A stretch of DNA of 61,941 nt, counting the filler, from Eubacteriales bacterium (GTDB lineage: Bacteria; Bacillota; Clostridia; Oscillospirales; CAG-382): assembly GCA_045636665.1 (NCBI GenBank). It is 6 parts of 6 records of this genome, joined end to end, with 100 filler letters (N's around TTAATTAATTAA, not from the genome) between each part and the next. Parts side by side here need not be neighbours in the genome. Positions count along the whole stretch, not along the records: positions 1 to 19,389 come from JAZTXY010000124.1; 5 more parts are not named here. One strand, 5' to 3'. Positions within the stretch are counted from its first letter, which is position 1. Each line of letters begins with the position of its first letter. Shown here piece after piece: positions 1 to 9,517 of this stretch. The translations under genes and the position numbers were made by a program. The notes beneath the pieces were generated by a model. That model did no database searches and was not told where the DNA came from. It worked only from the letters and a program-made list of their open reading frames with translations.

Positions 1-1
1 A

Positions 2-991
2 TTGCTTCGTCAGTTATCGTTCTTCAGCACCGAAAAAAGCGTTTCATCGGTCTATTTCGGCGGCGGCACACCGCCAATGCTCGGAATCGACAGATTATGT
101 AAACTTTTAGAAGCGGTGAAAAGCAAATTCAAGCTCGAACAGGATTGCGAGATAACGGTTGAGGTCAACCCGAAAACGGTTGATTTTGACGGCTTGGCAA
201 AGCTGCGCGAGGTTGGTTTTAACCGTCTTTCGGTCGGTGTACAATCGGCAAACGACGAAATGCTTCGCAGTATCGGGAGAATCCACAGCTTCGGTGACGC
301 GGTCGATTGCATTAAAAACGCAAAAGCGGTTGGATTTGACAATATAAGCGCAGATATAATCTTTGCACTTCCCTCTTTAACGCTCGATGTATTAAGGGAC
401 AGCGTTATTAAGATTATGTCAACCGATGTTTCGCATATTTCGGCATATTCGTTGCAGCTGGAGGAGGGCACACCGCTTTATAACAGGCGAGAGGATTTGA
501 GCCTTCCGACCGAGGAAGCCGAGGAGGAGCAATATAATTTATTGTGCGACCTTTTAAGCGGAAACGGATTTTCGCATTACGAAATTTCATCGTTTTGCAA
601 GGACGGAAAAAGGTCGCGCCACAACCTTTCCTATTGGAAAAGGGATGAATACTTCGGCTTTGGCGCAAGCGCGCATTCCTTTTACAACAACCGCAGGTTT
701 TCAAACGTTTCGGACGTTAACGAGTATATAAGGCTGACGAATATCGGACTTTTCGCGCCGACCGATTACGATAAGGCGCAACCGATTTCAAGCGACGAAG
801 CGCTTGAGGAATCGATACTTTTGGGGCTTCGCACGTCCGACGGCGCATTGATTCCCGATCGTGCGGTCAAAGCCGCAAAGCAGGTTTCAAATTTAGGCTA
901 CGGCAGCTTTGAAAACGGTATTCTTGCGCTCAATTCAAAGGGCTTTCGCGTTTCGAACGCGATTATCGGCAAAATCATTGAAAGCATTTAA
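2..991 (+). CDS. hemW: Radical-SAM heme chaperone HemW/HemN-like, 5'-truncated at window edge
   Basis: YFGGGTP, EITVEVNP, NRLSVGVQS, HISAYSL, HYEISSF and HNLSYW...YFGFGASAHS motifs; the CxxxCxxC motif would lie upstream of the window. Confidence 0.9.
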   Translation: MLRQLSFFSTEKSVSSVYFGGGTPPMLGIDRLCKLLEAVKSKFKLEQDCEITVEVNPKTVDFDGLAKLREVGFNRLSVGVQSANDEMLRSIGRIHSFGDAVDCIKNAKAVGFDNISADIIFALPSLTLDVLRDSVIKIMSTDVSHISAYSLQLEEGTPLYNRREDLSLPTEEAEEEQYNLLCDLLSGNGFSHYEISSFCKDGKRSRHNLSYWKRDEYFGFGASAHSFYNNRRFSNVSDVNEYIRLTNIGLFAPTDYDKAQPISSDEALEESILLGLRTSDGALIPDRAVKAAKQVSNLGYGSFENGILALNSKGFRVSNAIIGKIIESI

Positions 992-1003
992 TATTAACAA
1001 CTT

Positions 1004-1037
1004 GAACAGAATCGTTTATCGGTTCTGTTCTTTTTTT
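1004..1037 (+). terminator. Intrinsic terminator after hemW
   Basis: GAACAGAATCG-tttat-CGGTTCTGTTC stem followed by T7. Confidence 0.85.
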
Positions 1038-1084
1038 ATGCACATTTTACAGATTACGTGGGATTTCGGTGAGAAAAACACGGG

Positions 1085-1113
1085 ATGAAATCACGTTTAA
1101 AAAGCTTTACAAT
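1085..1113 (+). promoter_or_regulatory. Sigma-A-like promoter of the phage-like cassette
   Basis: ATGAAA-17 nt-TACAAT; AAGGAGG RBS at 1131-1137 precedes ATG 1151. Confidence 0.5.
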
Positions 1114-1150
1114 AATGTCATCGGATGCGAAAGGAGGCGAAAAATTACGC

Positions 1151-1531
1151 ATGGACGATAGCAAGAACAAAAGCACTGTTTTCGATTCACCCGAGGAATT
1201 GAACCAAGCGATCGAAGAATATTTCGGCGAGCATTTACCGACAAGCGGTGAGATTGCCGATATTGAATCGCTTGCCGATTACTTGGGCACGACAAGGGAC
1301 GAGCTTATTGCGATGATGAACGATAAAAGGGTTGGCTTTACGTTGGGGCTGGCGAGGAACAGAATCGCAAAAATCAAAAAGCAGTTGGCGTTTGGCGGAA
1401 AGATACCTGCGGCGGTTCTTTCGTTTGATTTAAAGAACAACCACGGTTACAAGGACAAGCCCGAGGATACCGACACGACTCCACACGAAAGCGTTGTATT
1501 TAAGGGCAAGACCTCACAATGGGCGCAATAA
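1151..1531 (+). CDS. Terminase small subunit (P22 gp3-like packaging family)
   Basis: FDSPEELNQAIEEYF...LADYLG...FDLKNNHGYKDK pattern; overlaps terL; start chosen from the RBS. Confidence 0.75.
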   Translation: MDDSKNKSTVFDSPEELNQAIEEYFGEHLPTSGEIADIESLADYLGTTRDELIAMMNDKRVGFTLGLARNRIAKIKKQLAFGGKIPAAVLSFDLKNNHGYKDKPEDTDTTPHESVVFKGKTSQWAQ

Positions 1532-2886
1532 AGGAAATCCTTATCCAACCAAACGCAAAGCAGAAGCAGTTTTTCGAATCGAAGGCTCGCTATACCGCCT
1601 ACGGAGGAGCACGTGGCGGCGGCAAAAGCTGGGCGATGAGAATGAAGCTGATACTCCTTGCGCTTAATTACGAGGGCATTCAAATACTTCTGCTTCGCCG
1701 TACACTCTCCGAGCTTCGCGAAAACCACCTTCTGCCGATGCTTTCGCTTTTATCGGGCATTGCGAAATATTCGAGCACCGAAAAGGAGTTTCGCTTCCCC
1801 AACGGCTCACGGATAAAGCTTGGGTACTGCGAAAGCGTGAACGACGTGCTTCAGTTTCAGGGACAGGCTTATGAGGTTATCGGTTTGGAGGAAGCCACAC
1901 ACTTCACCGAATTTCAGTTTCTCGCCCTTACCGAAAGCAACCGAGCAAGCGGTTTTATGAAAAAGAAGTTCGTTCCGAGAATGTATTTTACCTGCAACCC
2001 CGGCGGTGTCGGGCACGAATGGGTGAAAAGGCGCTTTATCGACCGTGATTACCGCGGTAACGAAAAGGAAAGCGATTACCTTTTTATTAAAAGTCTGGTG
2101 TTCGACAACGAATACATTATGAAAACCAACCCCGAATACGTCGACACGCTTCTTAACCTTCCCGAAACGCGAAGAAACGCGATGCTTTACGGCGATTGGA
2201 ACGCATTCGAGGGTATGTTTTTCCCCGAATTCGACCCGAAAAAGCATATCGTTTACGGCGATATTCGCATCCCCGACGGCGCGATACGCTTCCGTGCGCT
2301 CGATTACGGACTCGATATGACGGCTTGCTTGTGGTGCGCGGTTGCGCCCGACGGCAAAATCACCGTCTACCGCGAGCTTTACGAAAAGAACCTTTTGCTT
2401 TCCGAGGCGGCGCAAAAAATCATCGCTCTGACCGAAAAGGGCGAAAAAATACGCTATACCGTCGCATCCCCCGACCTTTGGAACCGACGGCAGGAAAGCG
2501 GAAAAAGCGGGTTCGACATTATGTCGGAAAACGGACTAAGGCAAATGATAAAGGCGGATAACAGCCGTATTTCCGGCTGGCGCGTCGTTAGGGAATATTT
2601 GAAATCGGGCGAATTTACCTCTCCGAAGCTCGTTATTTCAAGCAATTGCCAAAACCTTATTCGCTCAATCCCCCTGCTTCGCTTCGACGAGCGCATCCGC
2701 GAGGACGCATCCGATTCGCCTCACGAAATAACCCACGCGCCCGAAGCGCTGCGTTATGCGTTAATGTCGCGTCAGCCGAAAACCGCACCGCAAAAACGAA
2801 ACCGCTATGCGTCGAGCGTTTACACCTTTGACAACGCAAACGACAGCAACGAAAACAGCGATTTCCAAGACTTTATTTCCTATTAG
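1519..2886 (+). CDS. Terminase large subunit
   Basis: YGGARGGGKS Walker A, IGLEEATHF Walker B, FTCNPGG coupling motif, C-terminal nuclease RALDYG...HAPEALRY. Confidence 0.95.
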   Translation: MGAIKEILIQPNAKQKQFFESKARYTAYGGARGGGKSWAMRMKLILLALNYEGIQILLLRRTLSELRENHLLPMLSLLSGIAKYSSTEKEFRFPNGSRIKLGYCESVNDVLQFQGQAYEVIGLEEATHFTEFQFLALTESNRASGFMKKKFVPRMYFTCNPGGVGHEWVKRRFIDRDYRGNEKESDYLFIKSLVFDNEYIMKTNPEYVDTLLNLPETRRNAMLYGDWNAFEGMFFPEFDPKKHIVYGDIRIPDGAIRFRALDYGLDMTACLWCAVAPDGKITVYRELYEKNLLLSEAAQKIIALTEKGEKIRYTVASPDLWNRRQESGKSGFDIMSENGLRQMIKADNSRISGWRVVREYLKSGEFTSPKLVISSNCQNLIRSIPLLRFDERIREDASDSPHEITHAPEALRYALMSRQPKTAPQKRNRYASSVYTFDNANDSNENSDFQDFISY

Positions 2887-2899
2887 AAAGGAGAATCGA

Positions 2900-4468
2900 A
2901 TGAAAAGACTTAAGCCCTTTACCGAGGAATGGGAGCTTTATGAAAAGGGCAAGGAGTATAACTACTCGCTTAATCTTTATGAAAAGGTGAACACAAACGA
3001 AAGGTTTTACCGAGGCGACCAATGGGACAACCTTAAATCTTCGGGACTTCCGACACCCGTGTTCAACATCTTTAAGCGCATTATCGGGTATTTCACAAGC
3101 AGTATAATGCAGTCGCCCGTTAAAATGCGCTATACACTCGCATCCCCCCAATACGGCAAGGGTATTGACGGCAACAAGGCAAAAATCGCCTCGGCTAAGC
3201 TCAACTCCATCGCGGATATGCGCTGGGAGAAGAACAAAATGAACTCGCTTCTTGCCGATAGCCTCGTCGATGCCGCCGTATCGGGCGATGCGGTGTGCTA
3301 CACCTATTGGGACAACGATATCAAAACGGGACAGCCCTTTACGGGCGATTTCGTAAGCGTCCTTATCGATAACACAAACGTCTTTTTCGGCGATCCCAAC
3401 TCGAAGGACGTTCAAAAACAGCCCTATATCCTTATCGCCCAGCGCGAAACGGTCAAGGACCTTATCGCTCAGGCAAAAAGGAACGGAATGGGCAAGGACG
3501 TTACCGACAAAATAACGCCCGACGGCGATTATCAAACCCAATCGGGCGATATGGCAAGGTTCGAGCTTGAAAACACGAAATGCATTTCGCTTATCAAGCT
3601 TTGGAAGGACGAAAACGGCAAGGTTATGTACCGCAAATCGGTGAAAAACGCCGTAATTAAGGACACGACCGACACAATGCTCACGCTCTACCCCATCGCC
3701 TTTTACAATTGGTCGAGCGTTAAAAATTCTTGGCACGGTACCGCCGTCGGAAGCTCGTTAACCGACAACCAAATATTCATTAACAAGGGTTTTGCAATGG
3801 TAATGAAGCACATGATGGATACCGCGTTTTCAAAGGTCGTTTACGATTCGACGTTGCTTGACGGCTGGTCGGACCGTGTTGGCGAGGCGATTGCCGTAAA
3901 CGGTCCGGTTGAAAACGTCGCCAAGGTCATCTCGCCCGGGGTGATGCAATCGGGAATGCTCGACGTGATTAATATGGCGATTGCCAACACGAAGGAGTTT
4001 ATGGGCGCGACCGACGCCGCATTGGGCAACGTTGCACCCAACAACACAAGCGCAATTCTCGCACTGCAAAACACGTCGGCTGTTCCGCTTGAAAACGTCA
4101 AGCGCAATATGTATCAGTTCGTCGAGGATATCGGTCTTATCTGGCTCGATTTTATGTTTTCCTATTACGACGACGAGCGTCTTGTCGCAACGCTTGACGG
4201 CAGTGACGAGTCCTTCACCCGTTTTGATATGTCGGTATGGAAGGACGCGCTGTTTTCCTGCAAGGTCGACGTCGGCGCAAGCAGCTATTGGAGCGAAATC
4301 AGCGCACTTAACACGCTTGACCGACTGCTTGAGCTCGGCAGGATAAACACAATTCAGTATCTCGAACGCATTCCCGACGGAATCATTCCCGAAAAGGAAA
4401 AGCTTATCGAAGAAATCAAATCAAACGAAGCCGCACAGAAAGGAAGTGAATTAATTGAAAAAAATTAA
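2900..4468 (+). CDS. Portal protein (P22-like)
   Basis: FYRGDQW...PVFNIFKRII N-terminal pattern; ~520 aa; position after terL; AAAGGAG RBS before ATG 2900. Confidence 0.85.
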   Translation: MKRLKPFTEEWELYEKGKEYNYSLNLYEKVNTNERFYRGDQWDNLKSSGLPTPVFNIFKRIIGYFTSSIMQSPVKMRYTLASPQYGKGIDGNKAKIASAKLNSIADMRWEKNKMNSLLADSLVDAAVSGDAVCYTYWDNDIKTGQPFTGDFVSVLIDNTNVFFGDPNSKDVQKQPYILIAQRETVKDLIAQAKRNGMGKDVTDKITPDGDYQTQSGDMARFELENTKCISLIKLWKDENGKVMYRKSVKNAVIKDTTDTMLTLYPIAFYNWSSVKNSWHGTAVGSSLTDNQIFINKGFAMVMKHMMDTAFSKVVYDSTLLDGWSDRVGEAIAVNGPVENVAKVISPGVMQSGMLDVINMAIANTKEFMGATDAALGNVAPNNTSAILALQNTSAVPLENVKRNMYQFVEDIGLIWLDFMFSYYDDERLVATLDGSDESFTRFDMSVWKDALFSCKVDVGASSYWSEISALNTLDRLLELGRINTIQYLERIPDGIIPEKEKLIEEIKSNEAAQKGSELIEKN

Positions 4469-4997
4469 CAACGAAGCTATTCTCGACGTCATCTATGACC
4501 TTGCGGATGCAAACGGTATGAGAATAGACAGATTTTTGGAGCTTATCGAGGAGGAATTCGGCGCACAGCCCATCGACACAGATGGACTCCCCGAGGAAAT
4601 CGTCACCGAGCTCGAAAACGCGCGTTTAAGCGCAAAGGAGCATAAAAAGCAGCTCCGCGAGAAAAGGGATAAAGAGGAAATGGCGAAGGATATACAAGCC
4701 TTCCGCGAGGTCTTTTCCGACGTAACGGCGGAATCGATTCCCGACACCGTTTGGGACGACGTTGCAAACGGCATACCTCTTGCCCACGCCTATGCACTTC
4801 ATATCGCCTTAAGCACGCGTCTTAACGAACGCGCCGAAGGTATCAACGCAAGAAACGGCAGTATTTCGGCAATGAGCGTACAGGGAGGCGCAACCGAGCC
4901 GACCTTTACCAAGGAGCAGGTCGAAAAAATGTCGGGTCGTGACGTCCGCAACAACTACAAAAGCATTTTAAAATCAATGAAAAATTGGAGATTTTAG
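4455..4997 (+). CDS. Putative capsid scaffolding protein
   Basis: Acidic helical/coiled-coil 180 aa between portal and capsid; TTG start overlapping the portal stop. Confidence 0.65.
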   Translation: MKKINNEAILDVIYDLADANGMRIDRFLELIEEEFGAQPIDTDGLPEEIVTELENARLSAKEHKKQLREKRDKEEMAKDIQAFREVFSDVTAESIPDTVWDDVANGIPLAHAYALHIALSTRLNERAEGINARNGSISAMSVQGGATEPTFTKEQVEKMSGRDVRNNYKSILKSMKNWRF

Positions 4998-5008
4998 GAG
5001 GAATTTAA

Positions 5009-5833
5009 ATGGCAAACTACAACTCTATCGAAAAAATCATTTCGGCGGAGATTCTCCGCACCAACGAGGATAACCTCCTCGCAAACACCATCTGTAACAC
5101 CGAATTTTGCGGTGACATCAAAAACCGCGGTGACAGCGTGACCTTTATCGGTCTTAACGACCCCACCGTTTACGATTACGAGGGCAATATCGTCTATGAG
5201 GACATCGACGACGCATCCCTCACCCTTCTCATCGATCAGGACAAGGCGTTTTCCTTTAAGGTAAAGGACATCGAGGCGCTTCGCTCCTCTATCGGTCTTG
5301 AGGACAGCCAAACCAAGCGCGCAAGCTATCTTCTTAAGAACGAGGTCGATACCTACGTATTCGGTCTTTACAACGAAGCGGGTGAAACGCTTGACGAATC
5401 CGAAATCACCCCCGACAACGTCATCGCGACCGTTGCGGCAATGAAGCAAAAGCTCGAGGAGGCAAACGGGCCCGACGGCAGAACCTGGATCGTCGTACCC
5501 CCGTTTATCAAAACCAAGCTTATGCTCGCAGGCATCAAGTTCCAAATCAACAACGGCGTAAACGGTACCGGTGCAGTCGCCTTTACCGACGAGCTCGGCT
5601 GCGACATCTTCGTGTCCAACCAGCTTGCCGAAAGCGGCGATTACACAATGATGCTTGCAGGCTCTTACTCGGCTATCGCCTATGCCGAGCAGGTGCTTGA
5701 AACTCAAGTGCTCGACCGTCTTGAAAACTCGTTCGACAAGGCGGTGCGCGGCAGACTCGTCTTCGGCGCAAAGGTAATCAAGCCCAACGAACTCGTGTGC
5801 TGTCCCGTAAAAGACGGCGGCAACACGCTCTAA
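5009..5833 (+). CDS. Major capsid protein (HK97 fold, P22-coat-like)
   Basis: NTEFCGDIKNRGDSV, LLIDQDKAFSFKVKD and AVRGRLVFGAKVIKP patterns; strong AGGAGG RBS. Confidence 0.85.
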   Translation: MANYNSIEKIISAEILRTNEDNLLANTICNTEFCGDIKNRGDSVTFIGLNDPTVYDYEGNIVYEDIDDASLTLLIDQDKAFSFKVKDIEALRSSIGLEDSQTKRASYLLKNEVDTYVFGLYNEAGETLDESEITPDNVIATVAAMKQKLEEANGPDGRTWIVVPPFIKTKLMLAGIKFQINNGVNGTGAVAFTDELGCDIFVSNQLAESGDYTMMLAGSYSAIAYAEQVLETQVLDRLENSFDKAVRGRLVFGAKVIKPNELVCCPVKDGGNTL

Positions 5834-5855
5834 AGCAAAAAAGGAGGTTTCTTAA

Positions 5856-6218
5856 ATGAACGTTATCACTGCAAAAGGTTATTTTAATTCAACCGCACTC
5901 ACTCTCCAAAAGCTCGAATACGCCGATACTCAATATCAATTTTCGGCAAACGTTTCGGGCGGAAAAAGCGTTACCGTGCTTGTCGAGCTTGCCGCACAGG
6001 CATCGACGAAATGCAAGCTCGTTTGTGTAGGCGTGAACGGCTATCCCGACAAGGAAATCGCCCTCACCCCCGGTGTGCTCAACGTTATCCCTATCGAAAC
6101 GATGGGCTATATCAGAAGCGACGGCACAACCGAGTTCATCTTCAAAAGCGACAAGGCGGTCCTTGACGCAGGCGCAATGATGGGCGTTGTAAGACATATC
6201 GACGCAGTAAACAACTAA
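5856..6218 (+). CDS. Hypothetical beta-rich protein, possible capsid decoration protein
   Basis: Strong AAGGAGG RBS; lies between the capsid gene and an internal terminator. Confidence 0.5.
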   Translation: MNVITAKGYFNSTALTLQKLEYADTQYQFSANVSGGKSVTVLVELAAQASTKCKLVCVGVNGYPDKEIALTPGVLNVIPIETMGYIRSDGTTEFIFKSDKAVLDAGAMMGVVRHIDAVNN

Positions 6219-6226
6219 CTTTTTTC

Positions 6227-6261
6227 AGGGCTGCCGCACAAAAGGGCGGCGGCCCTTTTTT
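6227..6261 (+). terminator. Internal terminator after the capsid module
   Basis: AGGGCTGCCGC-loop-GCGGCGGCCCT followed by a T-run. Confidence 0.8.
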
Positions 6262-6281
6262 AATTAAGAAAGGAGGAAACA

Positions 6282-6665
6282 ATGACAGGCAATCAACTTT
6301 TTGAAGCATCGCTTGACCTTTTAGGTCTTCGCAACGAAAATGCACAAGCGCCGAGCGACACCGACGATTTAAAATCGCGTGCATTGACGCTTATCAACAC
6401 CGCCCTTGCCGAAGTGTCGACGCTCGATTGCAGAATCCGCCGATGCGAGCACACCGTCAAAAGCATCCCCTCGATGGAAAGCGAAATCGATTGCTCGGAT
6501 ATCGTTTTACATACCGTATTGCCCTATGCGGTTGCGCGCTTGCTTATCATCGGCGAGGATGAAGCGCTTGCCGCTTCGATGTCACGTCTTTGCGAGGAAG
6601 GCAAAAAGGGCGCGATAAGGTTCGGCAAAGCCAAAGCCCAGCCGATTGCGGAGGTGTATAAATGA
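6282..6665 (+). CDS. Putative head-tail adaptor (P22 gp4 / T7 gp11-like position)
   Basis: 127-aa helical protein with LPYAVARLL; AGGAGG RBS; synteny. Confidence 0.6.
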   Translation: MTGNQLFEASLDLLGLRNENAQAPSDTDDLKSRALTLINTALAEVSTLDCRIRRCEHTVKSIPSMESEIDCSDIVLHTVLPYAVARLLIIGEDEALAASMSRLCEEGKKGAIRFGKAKAQPIAEVYK

Positions 6666-8368
6666 TAACCACCCAAAAAGGCTTTATCGGTATCGACAAG
6701 CGCATTAAATTCGCCGACGGTATCCAAGCCGCGGCAGATTTAACGAATTTCAAAATCACCGACAGCGGCTCGCTCGAAAAACGCGCGTCGATTATCGAAA
6801 GATTCCGCTTTGCGGGTAACGTCGACGGGCTTTGGAGCGGTATGCTCGGCGGAAGCGAGTTAGTCGCGGTGGTTGCATCGGGCAAGCTTTATCGTGTAGA
6901 CGCATCGGTCGAAAACGCCGAAATCCACCTTGTCGGCAACGCCTGCTCGGAAAAGTGCAATATTTTCGAATTCAACGGCGCGCTTTACATCAAAAGCCAA
7001 AGCTATTACGGAAAATACGACGGCAAAAACCTCAAGGAGGTTCAGGGCTATATCCCCTGCGTCGCGTTAAGCTGTACGCCCAACGGCGAGGGCACACCGT
7101 TCGAGCAGTTAAACCTTTTGACCGACAAGCGCCGACAGCTTTTTTCGTCAGACGGCGAAAGCTTGGTCTATACCCTTGCCGAGGAGGACGTCGATTCGAT
7201 AATAAGCATCATGGTAGACGGAGAACCCTACACCAAGCCCTATTCGCTTGAGGATTGGTGCAGCGTGGCATTTCAATCGCCCCCAAAAGCAGGGCTTAAC
7301 AACGTTGAAATAACCTATTCAAAGGCGATGCGCCAATCCGACCGCGAACGCATTATGAAATGCACAAACGTGATGCTTTTCGGCGGTAACTCCGACGGAC
7401 GCGCATTCCTTTGGGGCAACCCCGAGCTTCCCAACTACCGCTTCCATTCCGACCTTGCAAACGGTGTGCCGAGCGTCGAATATTTCCCCGTAAACGCGTT
7501 CACCGTCATCGGCAACAGCAAAATTAACTGCATCGTACAACAATACGACAAACAGCTTATATTCACGAAAAACGAAGCATATTATTCCTACAGCGAGCTT
7601 CGTGACGACGGCTTGGGCAACACGATAACCTCGTTTCCGGTATTCAGCCTTAACGGAAGCAAGGGCTGTACGATCGAAACGTCGGGATGCATTATCGACA
7701 ACCGCCCCGTAACGCTTTGCGACGACGGGTTTAATATGTGGGAATCGACAAGCGTCGAAAACGAACGCAACGCGATATGCTTCTCGTCGCAAATAAATGC
7801 GGATTTAAACAAGCTTAGCTTGGCGGAAAAGGAATCGATGGTCATCTTCGATTTCCAAGCGAACCGCGAATTTTATTGCATCGTCGGAAGCAAGGCGTAC
7901 GTTTTCAATTACGGCAACGGAGCTTGGTATTGCTTCGAGGGATTGGACGGCGAGCTTTTTTCGGCATACGGAAACAAGCTTTACTTTTCAAGAAAAAACA
8001 GTCTTTTCAATTTTGGCAATTCGGTGCGCGAAGCAGACCTTACCTGCGAATTTTCAAGCCCGTTTATCTCCAACGCGCAAGGCAAAAGCGATTGCGACGT
8101 AACCCTGCTCGAGGCAGACGTTTTTATCGACGGCGAGGCAGGGTTGACCTTTGAATTTGAAAAAAGCAACGGCGAAACCAAAACGCGAAGATTCTATTAC
8201 CCCAACGGCACAAGCCGATTCTTCCGCATCTCGATGCGCCCGTCGCTTAAAAGAGCGATGCCCTTCCGCATCAAAATCAAGTCCGAGGGAGTCGGCAAAA
8301 TCGCCATCCACGGCATAACCATTAAAACAAGAGAAAAAGAAAGGAGCAAAAAATATGGCATACTCTGA
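6662..8368 (+). CDS. Putative tail hub/stabilisation protein (P22 gp10 / T7 gp12-like)
   Basis: Beta-rich 568 aa starting GFIGID...NFKITDSGSLEKR; ATGA overlap with the adaptor; synteny. Confidence 0.65.
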   Translation: MITTQKGFIGIDKRIKFADGIQAAADLTNFKITDSGSLEKRASIIERFRFAGNVDGLWSGMLGGSELVAVVASGKLYRVDASVENAEIHLVGNACSEKCNIFEFNGALYIKSQSYYGKYDGKNLKEVQGYIPCVALSCTPNGEGTPFEQLNLLTDKRRQLFSSDGESLVYTLAEEDVDSIISIMVDGEPYTKPYSLEDWCSVAFQSPPKAGLNNVEITYSKAMRQSDRERIMKCTNVMLFGGNSDGRAFLWGNPELPNYRFHSDLANGVPSVEYFPVNAFTVIGNSKINCIVQQYDKQLIFTKNEAYYSYSELRDDGLGNTITSFPVFSLNGSKGCTIETSGCIIDNRPVTLCDDGFNMWESTSVENERNAICFSSQINADLNKLSLAEKESMVIFDFQANREFYCIVGSKAYVFNYGNGAWYCFEGLDGELFSAYGNKLYFSRKNSLFNFGNSVREADLTCEFSSPFISNAQGKSDCDVTLLEADVFIDGEAGLTFEFEKSNGETKTRRFYYPNGTSRFFRISMRPSLKRAMPFRIKIKSEGVGKIAIHGITIKTREKERSKKYGIL

Positions 8369-9509
8369 TACCGTCAAGGCGTTCAAGGACGCGTTAAACG
8401 GCTATTCCGAAGAGGAAAACAAGCTGTCGGAGCTTTATAAAACCGCGCTTTCGAGAAACGAAAAGGCAAAAAACGATGGACTTACCCGGCTCGATACCGC
8501 CTATAAAAGCGACCGCAACGAGGTCTTTGCCGACAACGCCCGCGCCGAACAAAACGCCGCAAGAGTATTAAACTCGCGCGGGCTCGGCTTTTCGGGCGAA
8601 ATGGCTCAATCGAAGCTGAATTCAAACCTTTCGCTTTCAAACCGCTTGGGCGATTTGGCAAGTGAAAACGCAAAAAACAAACAAGACCTTATAAATCAGC
8701 ACGACCGCTATGCCCACGAGCTTTCGGTCGAGGAGGCGGAAAAGCGCTCAACGCTCAACGAGGGCAAAAGCAAGCTTCTTGCCGACATCGCAAAGGCAGA
8801 GCTCGAAAGCGAGCAAAAGGAAAAGGAGCTTGAGCTTGGATATGCCGAGCTTGAAGCCGAAAAAGAGCTTTTTAAAGCCGAATTGGAGGCAAAATACCAA
8901 AACACCCAAAGCAACGGCTCGACCGGTAACACAAACGGAGGAATCAACGGCTCGCAAACCGAATCCGACGAAGTCGACGATTACTTTTCACCCGAAATAA
9001 AGCCGAAGGACCTTGCAAACCTTATGGTTCAAAACGCGACCGGAGGCGATTACATCAAAACCGAACGACACGCCTACCTCGTCAACAAATATCTTCTCGA
9101 GGCGACCGAAAAATACAACCTCTCCGATTCGTATATGCAAGAGCTTGTATTTATGCTCAAGGCATACGGTCTAAAGGAATTGTCCTACTCCGAGCTTCGC
9201 AAAACCGTCATCACCCAAGACGCGCAGGAGCTTTATAACCACTCCTATGAAAAGCGCTATAAGGAATACGTCGAGCGCGGCGCGAAGCCCTTCAGAGCGC
9301 GTACCTACGCAAGAGGACTTGCGGTGACCGATACCTTCGATTACATCTTCTCGCACACCCAAAGCAAGGAGGAATTTTTGGAATACTGCGAGCTTATAAA
9401 GCTCGATTCCGAAGCGGCGAAGAATTACGCGTCGAACAAGGTCTGGAGCAAAAAAACCGACAAATCAAGTCCGCCTAAGCTTCAAAGCGCGACTCGTTTA
9501 ACAAAATAG
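8355..9509 (+). CDS. Coiled-coil protein, putative DNA ejection/pilot protein
   Basis: Long helical N-terminal half with an RGLGFSG motif, G/S/N linker; follows the hub gene as podovirus internal proteins do. Confidence 0.5.
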   Translation: MAYSDTVKAFKDALNGYSEEENKLSELYKTALSRNEKAKNDGLTRLDTAYKSDRNEVFADNARAEQNAARVLNSRGLGFSGEMAQSKLNSNLSLSNRLGDLASENAKNKQDLINQHDRYAHELSVEEAEKRSTLNEGKSKLLADIAKAELESEQKEKELELGYAELEAEKELFKAELEAKYQNTQSNGSTGNTNGGINGSQTESDEVDDYFSPEIKPKDLANLMVQNATGGDYIKTERHAYLVNKYLLEATEKYNLSDSYMQELVFMLKAYGLKELSYSELRKTVITQDAQELYNHSYEKRYKEYVERGAKPFRARTYARGLAVTDTFDYIFSHTQSKEEFLEYCELIKLDSEAAKNYASNKVWSKKTDKSSPPKLQSATRLTK

Positions 9510-9517
9510 GAGGCTTT

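Noticed and set aside
1038..1150. Sporulation sigma (F/E/G/K) promoter for the phage-like cassette
   Set aside because: No convincing consensus found; only a sigma-A-like match, so a sporulation link is unsupported by sequence.
5009..5833. Encapsulin nanocompartment
   Set aside because: The HK97-type shell gene is accompanied by terminase, portal and tail genes, so it belongs to a DNA-packaging particle.
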